Below, piece after piece: positions 1-9,946 of a stretch of 64,000 nucleotides of DNA. Within the stretch, counting starts at the first letter, position 1, and every line of letters begins with the position of its first letter. The stretch is from Nitrospirota bacterium (lineage in GTDB: Bacteria > Nitrospirota > UBA9217), in NCBI GenBank assembly GCA_963751455.1, contig CAVVUN010000006.1, positions 1 to 64,000 on the forward strand. The letters are read 5' to 3'. The notes under the pieces are model-generated. The model searched no databases. It saw only the letters and a list, made by a program, of their open reading frames with translations, and was not told the DNA's origin. The position numbers and the translations under genes are program-made.

Positions 1-655
1 TCGCCCGGACGCCTGCCGATGCACGGTACCGGTGGGATTCATCCATAAGAAGAACCAGGTCCTCCAACCCGGCCAGGTATTGAAAATAGCTTTCGCCGAA
101 ATATTCAGACAACCGCTTGATGCGCGGCGATTTGCCGCCTCGGACTTCTGAATTGATTTTCGAGATATTGAATATATTTACGTGTACGGATAGATCGATG
201 CCGGGCAAGGTGCTTTTCCGGATGCCTGCTCCGGTCTCATAGTTATCGCCGGTAATGATGACTGGCGGCTCAACGGCAAACTCCGCGATCCCCTTAAAAA
301 CGTATTTAGAGGTATTGGGCGTAAAATCCGTAATGAGCTTATTGTAAATCGTAAGGTTCGGAGCGAGGACAAAAAAATGATTGATCCCATGGGCAAGATG
401 AAGATAGCTGATGAATGCGCCCATTAGCCGGGTCTTGCCGACACCCGTGGCCAGGGCAAAGCAGAGTGAGGGGAAGTCCCGCTCAAAGTCCGTGACTGTC
501 GGAAACTCGGATCTAATCGTCTCGAGCGCCGCCTGAACGTCCGCGCCCTTGCGAGGCGGTACAATCTCGGTGATACGGTCGAGGATTTCAAGGGATCGTC
601 TCTGAGGCGGCCGAAGACTGAGCCGACCGGCTATGGCATTTACATGCTTGTTCAT
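1..655 (-). CDS. res: Type III restriction enzyme Res subunit (DEAD-like helicase), 5' part, runs off window
   Basis: Not in the ORF track. Manual translation from ATG at 655 gives MNKHVNAIAGRLSLRPPQ...SLCFALATGVGKTRLMGAFI...LMDESHRYRA (Walker A ATGVGKT, DExH). ATGA overlap with the upstream ORF stop. Lies downstream of a Mod gene. Confidence 0.85.
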   Translation of the reverse strand, partial: MNKHVNAIAGRLSLRPPQRRSLEILDRITEIVPPRKGADVQAALETIRSEFPTVTDFERDFPSLCFALATGVGKTRLMGAFISYLHLAHGINHFFVLAPNLTIYNKLITDFTPNTSKYVFKGIAEFAVEPPVIITGDNYETGAGIRKSTLPGIDLSVHVNIFNISKINSEVRGGKSPRIKRLSEYFGESYFQYLAGLEDLVLLMDESHRYRASAGVRA

Positions 656-1991
656 CGCGTCACCTTATTTGGCGTCACCCCGGCGTAGGCCGATTTCAGA
701 TTCTGTCCGAGGTGCGGACACAATTTATTAGATATCCTCTGATTGTCTCTACACTGCAAAGACAATCTGCAAGCCATTCTCATTGTCGCCGCACTGCGGC
801 GACAATTGTATTTTGTCGACGTTACGCCAAGCTCCCTGATTTCACGTTTCAACTCAGCCTTAAGCTCAGCTTCCGTCGGCAGATACAGTTTATACCTGCT
901 CGCGAATATTTTCTTCTCCTGGTCCGGCCCGAGTGTATACCGGACCACAGCATCGTTCTTGTCCGTGCAGAGGATCAGGCCCAGCGTGGGATTATCGCCC
1001 TTCGTCCGGCGCTCATGGTCGAAGTAATTGACATACAATTGAAGCTGGCCGAGGTCCTGATGGGTAAGCTTCCCGGTCTTGAGATCGATGAGCACGTAGC
1101 ATTTAAGAAGTGCGTGATAGAATACCAGATCGATATAGAAGTGATCGCCGTCCAGGCTGATCCGCTCCTGACGAGAGATGAATGCGAAACCCTTTCCGAG
1201 TTCCAGGAGAAAGGATTGGAGGTTGTTGATCAGCGCCTGCTCCAGGTCCGATTCAACGAGCTTCGGCGTCGCAGGAAGGTCGAGGAACTCCATGACCACC
1301 GGGTCCTTGAAAACGTCGACGGGCCTCTGCACTTCGAGCCCCTTCGTCGCCAGTTTCATCAGGCCCTTCTTGTCCTTGCTCAGGGCCAGCCGTTCATACA
1401 GCAGGCTGTTGATCTGCCGCTCCAGCTCCCGTGCTGACCAGTTGTTCTTGATCGCTTCGATCTCATAGAACGCGCGTATCTCTGTTTTGTCGACTTTAAG
1501 GAGTGTGCGGTAATGTGTCCAGGAAAGATCAGGATGGAGCAATCCCGGCTTCCAGGATTGGCCACGCAGTGCGTGGCCAATTTCGGTGAATGAGAGTACG
1601 GCGGGGAGAGATAATTTCCGAGACAATGCGTCGGATTTTCCACTCACCGCGTGGATTTTATCAGTCGGAATAGATTTTCCACGCAGTGCGTGGAGAATCG
1701 CGAAGCGGGCAACAGCAAAGGATAAGTCTGATAAAGCTGCCGCATATAAAACAGGTTTTGGACTGAATAGCCTGCTCCGAAATCTTTCCGAAGGCGCTCT
1801 GAAGTCTGAATTATCAATTTCTGCCCGTATTCAGCCCGCTTGTCGCCGTGCTGTTCCTCTTCCACGAGCTCGCGCCCGATCAGCCAATTGGAGACGACCT
1901 GCGTCGTGTTGACTGTCCGGGCAACGCCTGTACGAGCTGATTCAAGAATGAATCGGATTCGTTCATAAAGGGGTTTCTTCCTCATTGCCAA
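652..1991 (-). pseudogene. YhcG/DUF1016 PD-(D/E)xK nuclease family protein, split by a single frameshift near 1700
   Basis: ORF 1644..1991 has the DUF1016 N-terminus (NWLIGRELVEEEQHG..RAEYG). ORF 652..1647 has LSWTHY, WSARELERQI, FLLELGKGFAF, IDLVFY..IDLK, GQLQLYVNY. One base near 1700 joins them. Could be a sequencing error. Confidence 0.85.
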
Positions 1992-2036
1992 CCTCTTTCA
2001 ATCTGCGTCAATCTGCGCAATCTGCGGACAACAGCC

Positions 2037-3670
2037 TTAAGCCTCTTCCTCGTCAAATAATCCCTGCTGCCCCTTCTTCGGCGGAGCCTTCGGCAGGTTC
2101 TCTACCTGCAAGCTGTAATCGTCATGTCCCCATTCGCACCGCTTCAAGACGGCATTCGGAATCTTTTTAATGGTCAGGTTAGGATACCGGTCAGACTTTC
2201 CCCGGAAAGCGGAGCACAGGACCAAAAGCGATCTACCCGGCCCGACTTCATCGCTTAATGCCTGGAGTTGATCATTGTTCAGGTTCTGCGTGGTTACATA
2301 AATGAAATCCTGCTCGCTCGAATGACCATGCTGCCAGTAGACGGCATCGCTCGGGGCATAGACAAAACCTTCCAGCTTACAAAGCGCTTCGGTTAGCATG
2401 GCGGCATTGTATTGCTTGTTAATGACCCAATTACCCCACTTATCCTTTTCAAGCAGCGACGGTGCCAGCCTGTAATATCGGAATCCGCCGCCACCCTTCC
2501 AACCCACAGCTTCCGTAATCCCGCCCGCGTCCTGGCCGTCGATAACCTTCTTCATACGCGGGATGATGTGTGTATGGCAATGCTCGCCCAGCTCTACCAT
2601 AATCCACCGTCGACCCATTTTATGAGCAACAGCACCAGTTGTGCCAGAACCGGCGAAAGAATCTAAAACCAAGTCTCCCTGCTTGGTAGAAATTTCAAGG
2701 ACACGTTGAAGCAAACGCTCTGGCTTAGGCGTATCAAATACATCGCGCGCTCCATACAAGCCAATCATTTCTTTTTTAGCTTCATCTGTATGCCCAACCT
2801 CTTCGTGAGGCCACCAGTTATGCGGCGTCATACCATCACGCACCTCAGATAGAAACAGCTTTAGAGCAGGAACTGTGTTACGTCCATCGCGTCCCCACCA
2901 GATCCGCCTTTCTTCTACATGACGCCTATGTGTATCAGGGTCATACTTCCATGCTTTTTTGGTATTTTTTATAATATCGCCGGTATTCGGATTGATGATG
3001 TCATAGCAAAGATTCCTTCGCTTTTCGGGAGTTGCCTGATTTAGGTAATCAACTGCCTTCCAAGGGCCGCGCGGATCATTGTCTGGATTGCTGTATCGTG
3101 CTGTAGACTCTTCGCTTCTGGGGAGAAGATTGTTTTGAAACTTATCACTCTTAGCATAGACGAGTACAAAATCGCAAATCGTCGCGATTCCTTGAAAACG
3201 ATTACTGACACTATATTTTCGCTGCCATGTTATGGTTGTTTTGTAATTAGCCCGCCAAACACCTCATCGCACAACACTTTCAAATAATGGGCTTCATTGT
3301 CGTCAATGGTGATCCACAGTGAACCGTCCTCTGCTAGAAGACTGCGAAGAATCTCCATCCGGTCGCGCATCAACGACAACCAGATAGAATGCTCTACACC
3401 ATCATCATAGTGAGTAAATGCGCTCCCAGTGTTGTATGGCGGATCAATAAAAATGCATTTTACCTTACCGGCAAACTCCTGCTCCAGCGCCTTCAATGCT
3501 AACAAGTTGTCGCCAAAGATCAAGCTATTGTCGAAAATGTCTTTCTTCGCCACCCGATGCGGCGCGTGGTAGGACTTTTCCGGGTCTTCAAGCAGGATAC
3601 GAGGCTCAAGTTTCGGCCGGATTTCTTTGCCGATCCAGGTTAGTTCCAGTTTTTGCTTCATGCGATTCAT
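2037..3670 (-). pseudogene. mod: Type III adenine DNA methyltransferase (Mod), frameshifted near 3252
   Basis: N-part has GDNLLAL and IFIDPPYNTG. After a one-base shift at GGCGGG, manual translation continues ANYKTTITWQRKY...NPDNDPRGPW... in frame into ORF 2037..2843 with TPKPE and LDSFAGSGTT. Confidence 0.88.
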
Positions 3671-3700
3671 CTCACTCGTTAAATGGTGCTGCCTGTCAAG

Positions 3701-4654
3701 TTAGACCAATTGGTGAACATACTGAATATAATTTTGATTAATAAACGCTTTTAGAGAGTCAGGTATACGCGCTCTCGGTCCCAATATAACCAATGCATTC
3801 GAGTGCCCTAGTGAAGCTTTCATCCTTGGCGGAGATTTATATTTTTCACAGAATTTAGCAATCGACTTATGGACACTCAGCGCATACTGAACAAAAAACC
3901 ACATTAAATATTTTCCTCTGATATATTTTGCCGAACCAGCTTTATCACGAAATTCTTTTTCAATCTCGCTTACACCGTCACATGATTCATATTGAAGTCT
4001 GCAACAACTGCCAGCATACGCAATACGAGAATCTGAGGTAGCAAATCCTGCTTTTAAAGCAATCTTGTCATCAGTAAAGACAAACATTTCCTTTGGTTGA
4101 ATATCTTCTAAAGTAGGCCGACTTCCCTCTCGCTGCCATTTGATTATTTGACACATAATCGGCACCATGGCCTCCGAAAAAATTTCAAGGTTTTGCTCGA
4201 AATGCTTTTGCATTTCATCACATTCATCGGGTTTCATTTCAGTAACATTCATAACTTCCTCAAGCACGCGTTCTAACATGGAATAACTTATTACGTCATT
4301 TTCTATTGAGTACTTATCAGTTACATATATGTTCTGCTTTGGTTGATACGCATGTGGAACAAATTCGCTGAGATCCCTATCAACAAAAAAACAAATGCGC
4401 CGCGCTGAAAAGCGTGTCCAATCGAAATCTGACTCAATCTTATAAACATTACTCTTATTGCCGGATCTAATAAGCTTAACCTTCCAACCGTTCAGTAAAT
4501 TATGCTCTATCATGCTGCGATAGAAAGACGGATCACCTTTGCCCTCTACAAACCCATACACGACCTTGTCCTTCTCTTTATAGAAAAGAAGAAATTCATG
4601 ATAAGCAGGATTACTGCTGTTCAGTGCGTCAGAATGTATCTGAATCATGCTCAT
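3701..4654 (-). CDS. DUF4435/TOPRIM-type nuclease, PARIS AriB-like
   Basis: TOPRIM motifs FVEGKGD and FVDRD, plus YSIEN and IRGK. ATGA-coupled to the upstream ABC-type ATPase. Confidence 0.72.
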   Translation of the reverse strand: MSMIQIHSDALNSSNPAYHEFLLFYKEKDKVVYGFVEGKGDPSFYRSMIEHNLLNGWKVKLIRSGNKSNVYKIESDFDWTRFSARRICFFVDRDLSEFVPHAYQPKQNIYVTDKYSIENDVISYSMLERVLEEVMNVTEMKPDECDEMQKHFEQNLEIFSEAMVPIMCQIIKWQREGSRPTLEDIQPKEMFVFTDDKIALKAGFATSDSRIAYAGSCCRLQYESCDGVSEIEKEFRDKAGSAKYIRGKYLMWFFVQYALSVHKSIAKFCEKYKSPPRMKASLGHSNALVILGPRARIPDSLKAFINQNYIQYVHQLV

Positions 4655-6033
4655 TCCTTAGCACTCCGCAAAGTCATAAATTCTCCTAGCGAATGTGCAT
4701 AGCGTTTTAACTCGTTATCGTAGATAAAAGGTGAATGAGTAACTGCTACCAATCCGGCGCAAAACTCACTTTTCCTAATATCAGTAAGAAATCTTTTTTG
4801 CCATGGCACTGATAACGAAAGTTCAGGCTCATCGATTAATACAAAATATCGCTTATTTCCAGAAAGGTAGAGATGACTGAAAAGCGACACAATCTGTTTT
4901 TCACCTGAAGATAAATCACTTAGCTCAATACCAGTATCACTGTTGTCTCCATTCTTAGGAACGATTGAAAAGTTAAAGGTTGCGCTATTATAAACCAGTT
5001 GTTTATCAACGATATATTCGGAGCAAAGGTCGCAAAAAGCTGATATGTGTCGCTCTCTTTCTTTTAAGCTCTCCTGAAAATCCAATAGTTTGAGAAAATA
5101 GTGGCAAATAATTTTACTATGTTCGTTAGGATCATCGCTTGATCGCGCGTCGTTAATGACATTAAACAGATGCTCCTTATGGTCTTTAGTCAATATACTT
5201 TCATGTATCCGATCAAGAACGCTACGAATGGTATCTTCGGATGTTTCTGAAATCCTGACCATGCCGACATTCTGATACTCACGATTCACAACATCTCCAA
5301 GATACTTAAGGGTAAGAATGTTGAGATTTTCACGTGCAAAATCTTTCAATGTCTCCAGAACTTCTTTAATGGCTCGCTCAACGTCGAGCATACCGAATTC
5401 GACTAATTCAATATAGGCTTTTTCTGCTTCCCGCGGGATATGGCGGCTCCTAGAGCGACGAAATTCGTCAGGATCAAAACCCTCAAAGATACTGCTGAGT
5501 TCACGCTCAATTCGTCTATACGTCGGTAGATAAAGTATTTGCGCGTTCGTAGCTTGATGAATCTTCTCGATCTGCAGCTGAATTTCTTTGTTGAGGCCAC
5601 GTGGCTGGTCTTCAAAAAGATTAAGCTGTCGCATTATAACTTCAGTCGGGATACCATATCGCGATCTGAGTCTTTCAAGCTCCATAGGTATACGATCCGC
5701 TTCACCTGAATGAATTAAATCCATCATTCGCTTCCGCAGTGGAGGCGGCAACTCCTGCAAGAAGCGGCGGTCCACTTTTTCAAATCCCTTACTGAGCAAC
5801 TCATGAGATAGTTCATAATTTTCGCCTTTGACCGTAACCGCAATTGTATCAAAGCGATATTGAATTAATGAGAGCCATCTTCCTGATAAAATATGGAAAA
5901 GGATCCTGAGAAAAGTAGTTTTCCCTGATCCATTTTCACCAACAAGAACGAGGGTGTCATCCTCCACACGAGCATCAATCGTTCTGTTGCCATGAAGTCC
6001 TTTAACGATAATCCTCTCCAGTGTTGTATTCAT
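4651..6033 (-). CDS. AAA_15/AAA_21 ABC-type ATPase, PARIS AriA-like
   Basis: Walker A GENGSGKT, YLPTYRR, signature LSSGEKQ, Walker B LIDEPELSL, H-loop THSPF. No transmembrane partner nearby. Confidence 0.78.
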   Translation of the reverse strand: MNTTLERIIVKGLHGNRTIDARVEDDTLVLVGENGSGKTTFLRILFHILSGRWLSLIQYRFDTIAVTVKGENYELSHELLSKGFEKVDRRFLQELPPPLRKRMMDLIHSGEADRIPMELERLRSRYGIPTEVIMRQLNLFEDQPRGLNKEIQLQIEKIHQATNAQILYLPTYRRIERELSSIFEGFDPDEFRRSRSRHIPREAEKAYIELVEFGMLDVERAIKEVLETLKDFARENLNILTLKYLGDVVNREYQNVGMVRISETSEDTIRSVLDRIHESILTKDHKEHLFNVINDARSSDDPNEHSKIICHYFLKLLDFQESLKERERHISAFCDLCSEYIVDKQLVYNSATFNFSIVPKNGDNSDTGIELSDLSSGEKQIVSLFSHLYLSGNKRYFVLIDEPELSLSVPWQKRFLTDIRKSEFCAGLVAVTHSPFIYDNELKRYAHSLGEFMTLRSAKE

Positions 6034-6082
6034 TGCCGTCTCCTTTTAAATAGCTTTAATTATCGATATTTCTGACGTCCTG

Positions 6083-8932
6083 CTATTCAAGAATCCACTG
6101 TATATAATAAAGTGCCTGAGAATTAACTATATGGTTTAATTTCACTTCAATATCTGCAATTAATCGTTCCCGCTGCCTGTCAATCTCATCCTGCGCTTCA
6201 AACAGCAACTTTCTCTTCTGGCTTCGTTGAGCCTCAAGCGTCTTAATCTGTTTCTGTCCTGCAAGTTTATTTTCCAAAGTCAGCGAGGCTGTAGTCGCAC
6301 GGCGCGTTTCCTTGATTTGCCGATCAAGCTCCTTGATTTCCCTTTCCAGCCCGAGCTTAAGGTCGTCCGCCCAACCATCAAGTTTCTCTGCTTCCGCCTC
6401 GAAAAAGCGGGCATTGCGCTCGGATATTCCTTTTTGAATTGCTGTCTGGCGCTCATCGGTAATCGACCGTAGTTTGTCACTGTCTGCAATATCTGTCAAC
6501 TGTGAAATAGTTTTAGCGGGTAAAGACAATAACCTTTGCGCTAGGTCATCATCCAATACCTGCCCATCTTCTGTAATGGCAGCACAGAGCAAATGATCTT
6601 CTGCCTGGTCAAGGGATTCGACTGTAAAGAAACTGAGCAATAACTCGCCACGCTTGCCAAGGTACGGTTCCAACCTGCTTACCTTGCCTTCATGCTCGCT
6701 ATAATCAAAGACGATTTCAGCCGGCGGAACAGCTCGTTCTTTTGCCTTTTCAAGGATGCTGACAGCAAGAGGATGGTTAAGCCGATATAAATGTGCCTCG
6801 CCGGTACGCCTGGGTAGTTCATAAAGACCGAGCGGAATATCTCCCGCATAGGGGCATGACTTCAAGCGGAAGGCAGAACCGTCCAAAAATTCGGCGCAAT
6901 CTCGCAATTCATAACGAGTCAGCTGCATCAGCAGCCGTTCATAACGGTTCAGATACTGCCGCGAGCTTTCGTCGCTCATGCGCAGCTTCTCTTTTACTTC
7001 ATCATCGAAGTTTTCGAGCAATTGCCGGCGCGTATTGGTCATTGCCTCATCGATCTGGATATTTAACTCAAGCTGAAGTTGATCGAAGGAAGCCTTTATC
7101 TCCTCAGGTGTCCGGCAGCGCTGGTAAATGTCTGCGATCCGCTTTTCGAAGTCAACGCCAGACTCTATGGCACCCAGAACCTCGTCACTCGCTCCAAAAA
7201 CACCCTCGAACAGCATGAACTTTTCGGAAAGAAGCTGGAATACACGCAGGTCCGCCTCGTTGTTGCGATTCAAGAAGTTCACCACGACAACATCATGCTT
7301 TTGACCATATCGATGGCAACGGCCGATGCGCTGTTCGATTCGCTGAGGATTCCAGGGCAGATCGTAATTGACCACAAGAGAGCAGAACTGCAGGTTTATC
7401 CCTTCAGCCCCCGCTTCTGTGGCTATCATGATGCGCCCTTTTTCCCGGAAGTAATCAACCAGGGCGGCTCTCGTATCGGCAGTACGGGATCCAGTAACTC
7501 GATCCGTTCCTTCATGAATTTTCAACCAATCTTTATAGATTTGGCGAGAAGATTCATCGGTATTTGTACCATTGAATAGAACGATGCCTTCGTTCCATGG
7601 ACTTTCGGCCAGGATCCGAAGCAGGTATGTCTGGGTCCGCCTGGATTCGGTAAATATAATCGCCTTTTCATCTGCGCCGAGGGTTCGCGCCTTGGCAAAT
7701 GCGACTTCAAGCGCCTTGAGGAGCGCTCTCCCCTTAGCATTGTATTGAATGGAAACCGCTAGCTGTCTGAAGCTTTCGAGATCCTTTATTTCCTGTTCAA
7801 TGGCAGCTCGATCTTGTGGCGTCAAAGCTTCCTCTGCATCCTGATCGGTCCATTCGTCGGCTGTTTCGCCCAGAGACTCGTAATCCTGGTCGAGTTCATC
7901 CTGAAGAGGCTGTTCTGGCTCCTGTTTTTTAAGACGCAGCTGAAGCCGGTTGCTGATGGTTTCAAGAGAACCTGCTATTGCGAAGGAGGAGGAAGCAAGG
8001 ATCTTGCGCAGGACGAGCGTCATAAGAGATCGTTGGCTAGCCGGCAGGGCCTGCAGATTGTCTCGTCGAAGATAGTCGGAAACCAGATTGTAGAGCTTGT
8101 CTTCGCTCTCTTCGGGTGTAAAGGGCTGTACTATAGAATAACGCTGAGTGAAACGCACGTAGGGAAGTACCTGGCGCCGAAGAGTCCGGTGGCAAATGGG
8201 ACTGATGCGGGTTTTAAGTGCGGCGAAGGTACTTCTATCACTCAGGTTCGAATACTGCTCTCGAAAGCTCTTCAGATCGCCAAACGTGTGTTCGTCAATA
8301 AAACTGACAAGACCATAAAGTTCAAGGAGCGAGTTCTGAAGGGGTGTGGCGGTTAAGAGTAGTTTTGGTGCTTGCTTGAGAGCTTGCTTTAACGTGTTGG
8401 CAATAACGTTTGAAGGTTTGTAGACATTGCGAAGACGATGGGCCTCGTCGATAACTACCAAATCCCATGGGATAGCATGTATGTCGGCTGCTTTGCCGCG
8501 GGCAAACTGGTAGGAACAGATGATGATGTTGCCGGACTCGAAGGGCTTGAAATTACCCTTCCTGATTGCTTCATTGTAGGGTTTGCTTTCGAGGATTATC
8601 GAGGTAAGAAAAAACTTTTCCTGTAGTTCCTGATGCCATTGTTTGCGAAGGTTAGCGGGAGTGATAATCAGGATTCTTCGATGCTGCTCCGCCCAGTGCT
8701 GCGATATGACCAGCCCAGCTTCGATGGTCTTACCGAGCCCGACCTCGTCAGCCAGGATACCGCCCTTCGAGAGCGGTGACCGGAATGCAAAAAGGGCGGC
8801 ATCTACTTGATGCGGATTCAGGTCTACCTGTGCGTCAACCAGCGCTCCAGCGAGCTTTTCGACGCTATCCGAAGCGCAACGTTTGGTCAGTTCATAGGCA
8901 TAGTATTTGGCGTGGTATTCGGTAAGGTTCAT
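6083..8932 (-). CDS. SNF2/RapA-like superfamily 2 helicase (defence-associated)
   Basis: LADEVGLGKT, IDEAH, LTATP, EGINLQ, YDLPWNPQRIEQRIGRCHRYGQ, and a C-terminal coiled coil. Confidence 0.9.
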   Translation of the reverse strand: MNLTEYHAKYYAYELTKRCASDSVEKLAGALVDAQVDLNPHQVDAALFAFRSPLSKGGILADEVGLGKTIEAGLVISQHWAEQHRRILIITPANLRKQWHQELQEKFFLTSIILESKPYNEAIRKGNFKPFESGNIIICSYQFARGKAADIHAIPWDLVVIDEAHRLRNVYKPSNVIANTLKQALKQAPKLLLTATPLQNSLLELYGLVSFIDEHTFGDLKSFREQYSNLSDRSTFAALKTRISPICHRTLRRQVLPYVRFTQRYSIVQPFTPEESEDKLYNLVSDYLRRDNLQALPASQRSLMTLVLRKILASSSFAIAGSLETISNRLQLRLKKQEPEQPLQDELDQDYESLGETADEWTDQDAEEALTPQDRAAIEQEIKDLESFRQLAVSIQYNAKGRALLKALEVAFAKARTLGADEKAIIFTESRRTQTYLLRILAESPWNEGIVLFNGTNTDESSRQIYKDWLKIHEGTDRVTGSRTADTRAALVDYFREKGRIMIATEAGAEGINLQFCSLVVNYDLPWNPQRIEQRIGRCHRYGQKHDVVVVNFLNRNNEADLRVFQLLSEKFMLFEGVFGASDEVLGAIESGVDFEKRIADIYQRCRTPEEIKASFDQLQLELNIQIDEAMTNTRRQLLENFDDEVKEKLRMSDESSRQYLNRYERLLMQLTRYELRDCAEFLDGSAFRLKSCPYAGDIPLGLYELPRRTGEAHLYRLNHPLAVSILEKAKERAVPPAEIVFDYSEHEGKVSRLEPYLGKRGELLLSFFTVESLDQAEDHLLCAAITEDGQVLDDDLAQRLLSLPAKTISQLTDIADSDKLRSITDERQTAIQKGISERNARFFEAEAEKLDGWADDLKLGLEREIKELDRQIKETRRATTASLTLENKLAGQKQIKTLEAQRSQKRKLLFEAQDEIDRQRERLIADIEVKLNHIVNSQALYYIQWILE

Positions 8933-9348
8933 CGATGATTATTTTTAACGATGATATAGATCCTATTGTCACCCATAAAATCCGTTTTCTTTTTAGCGTA
9001 GTCTTCCAGCATCATAAGATAATCAGGCATGATCTCTCCGCATACAACGAGTAGCAAATACTTCCAATTTACAAGGTATTGCTCAATCTGACCGATCAAG
9101 CGTTGCAAAACAGCATTGCTTTTTATGTCCTTCTTTATTTCGATCGGAACCTCATCCTGAACAACGATATCCACTTTCTGTTTGCCGGATCCATATTGGG
9201 TTATGATTTTTTTGTTCTGTAGCTTCTGCTGCAGTTCATTGACGAGCGACTTTTCGAAATCTTTTTCAGTCGAACATCCATTTGGCTGCCATTGCTTTAT
9301 TATGGTCTCAACTGTGCCACAAGCATCAAAAAAGTAATTCACTGACAT
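8929..9348 (-). CDS. Small PD-(D/E)xK restriction-endonuclease-like protein
   Basis: E..F..L, VDIVV....IEIK and GQIEQY motifs. ATGA-coupled to the SNF2 gene. Confidence 0.6.
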   Translation of the reverse strand: MSVNYFFDACGTVETIIKQWQPNGCSTEKDFEKSLVNELQQKLQNKKIITQYGSGKQKVDIVVQDEVPIEIKKDIKSNAVLQRLIGQIEQYLVNWKYLLLVVCGEIMPDYLMMLEDYAKKKTDFMGDNRIYIIVKNNHR

Positions 9349-9357
9349 TATCTCCAG

Positions 9358-9705
9358 CTACAAGTTTGAATACTTCTTAGCTGACCCCTTCGCCTTCTCC
9401 ACGGGATACTTCGCTTCGTTCACTGCGATCTTCTTTTCCACTTCCTGCAGTAAATCAATCTTATACTCCTCGCAAAGATAGGTGAGAAAAATAAAGATGT
9501 CGGCTAGTTCTTCTTTGACGTTCTTGAGTTCTTCAGGAGTGAGTTTCCGGGACTGCTCGGTTGTCTTCCAGAGAAAGTTTTCGAGCAGTTCCCCTGCTTC
9601 AATGGAGAGGGCCTCGGCGAGGTTCTTGGGATCGTGGAATTGCGCCCAGTCTCGCTCGTTCCGGAATGCAACGATCTTTTGCTGGATGGATTCTATATCA
9701 GCCAT
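9358..9705 (-). CDS. MazG-like (dCTPase-type) nucleotide pyrophosphohydrolase
   Basis: From ATG 9705 (GGAG RBS): FRNERDWAQFHDPKNLAEALSIEAGELLENFLW...EELADI...KYP. The longer ORF-track call is an antisense extension into copA. Confidence 0.9.
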   Translation of the reverse strand: MADIESIQQKIVAFRNERDWAQFHDPKNLAEALSIEAGELLENFLWKTTEQSRKLTPEELKNVKEELADIFIFLTYLCEEYKIDLLQEVEKKIAVNEAKYPVEKAKGSAKKYSNL

Positions 9706-9912
9706 AGTCTCCACGGACAGTTTAGACATAAATACTTGATTTATGAAGACATTACTACAAACTTTTGCAAAAGTCCAGAAAAGAGATGGCGCAGAGACGC
9801 GGATAAACCATGTAAACCGACATATTGCAGTATATGATGACGCTCGGACAATGATTAAATTTCCGCGACATAAAACATCGTTATACTCCATGGATTGCCT
9901 TAACTTCTCATT

Positions 9913-9940
9913 TTGCATGACTTTGACTTTATGGTAATAT
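9913..9940 (+). promoter_or_regulatory. Putative sigma70 promoter for leaderless copA
   Basis: TTGCAT-16 bp-TAATAT with TG extension; the ATG follows 6 nt later with no SD. Confidence 0.35.
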
Positions 9941-9946
9941 GCGCGT

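Noticed and set aside
6083-8932. Calling the locus DISARM or BREX
   Set aside because: No drmA/drmB/drmC or brxC/pglX/pglZ genes are visible; the partners are type III Mod and Res. Genes beyond the left window edge cannot be seen.
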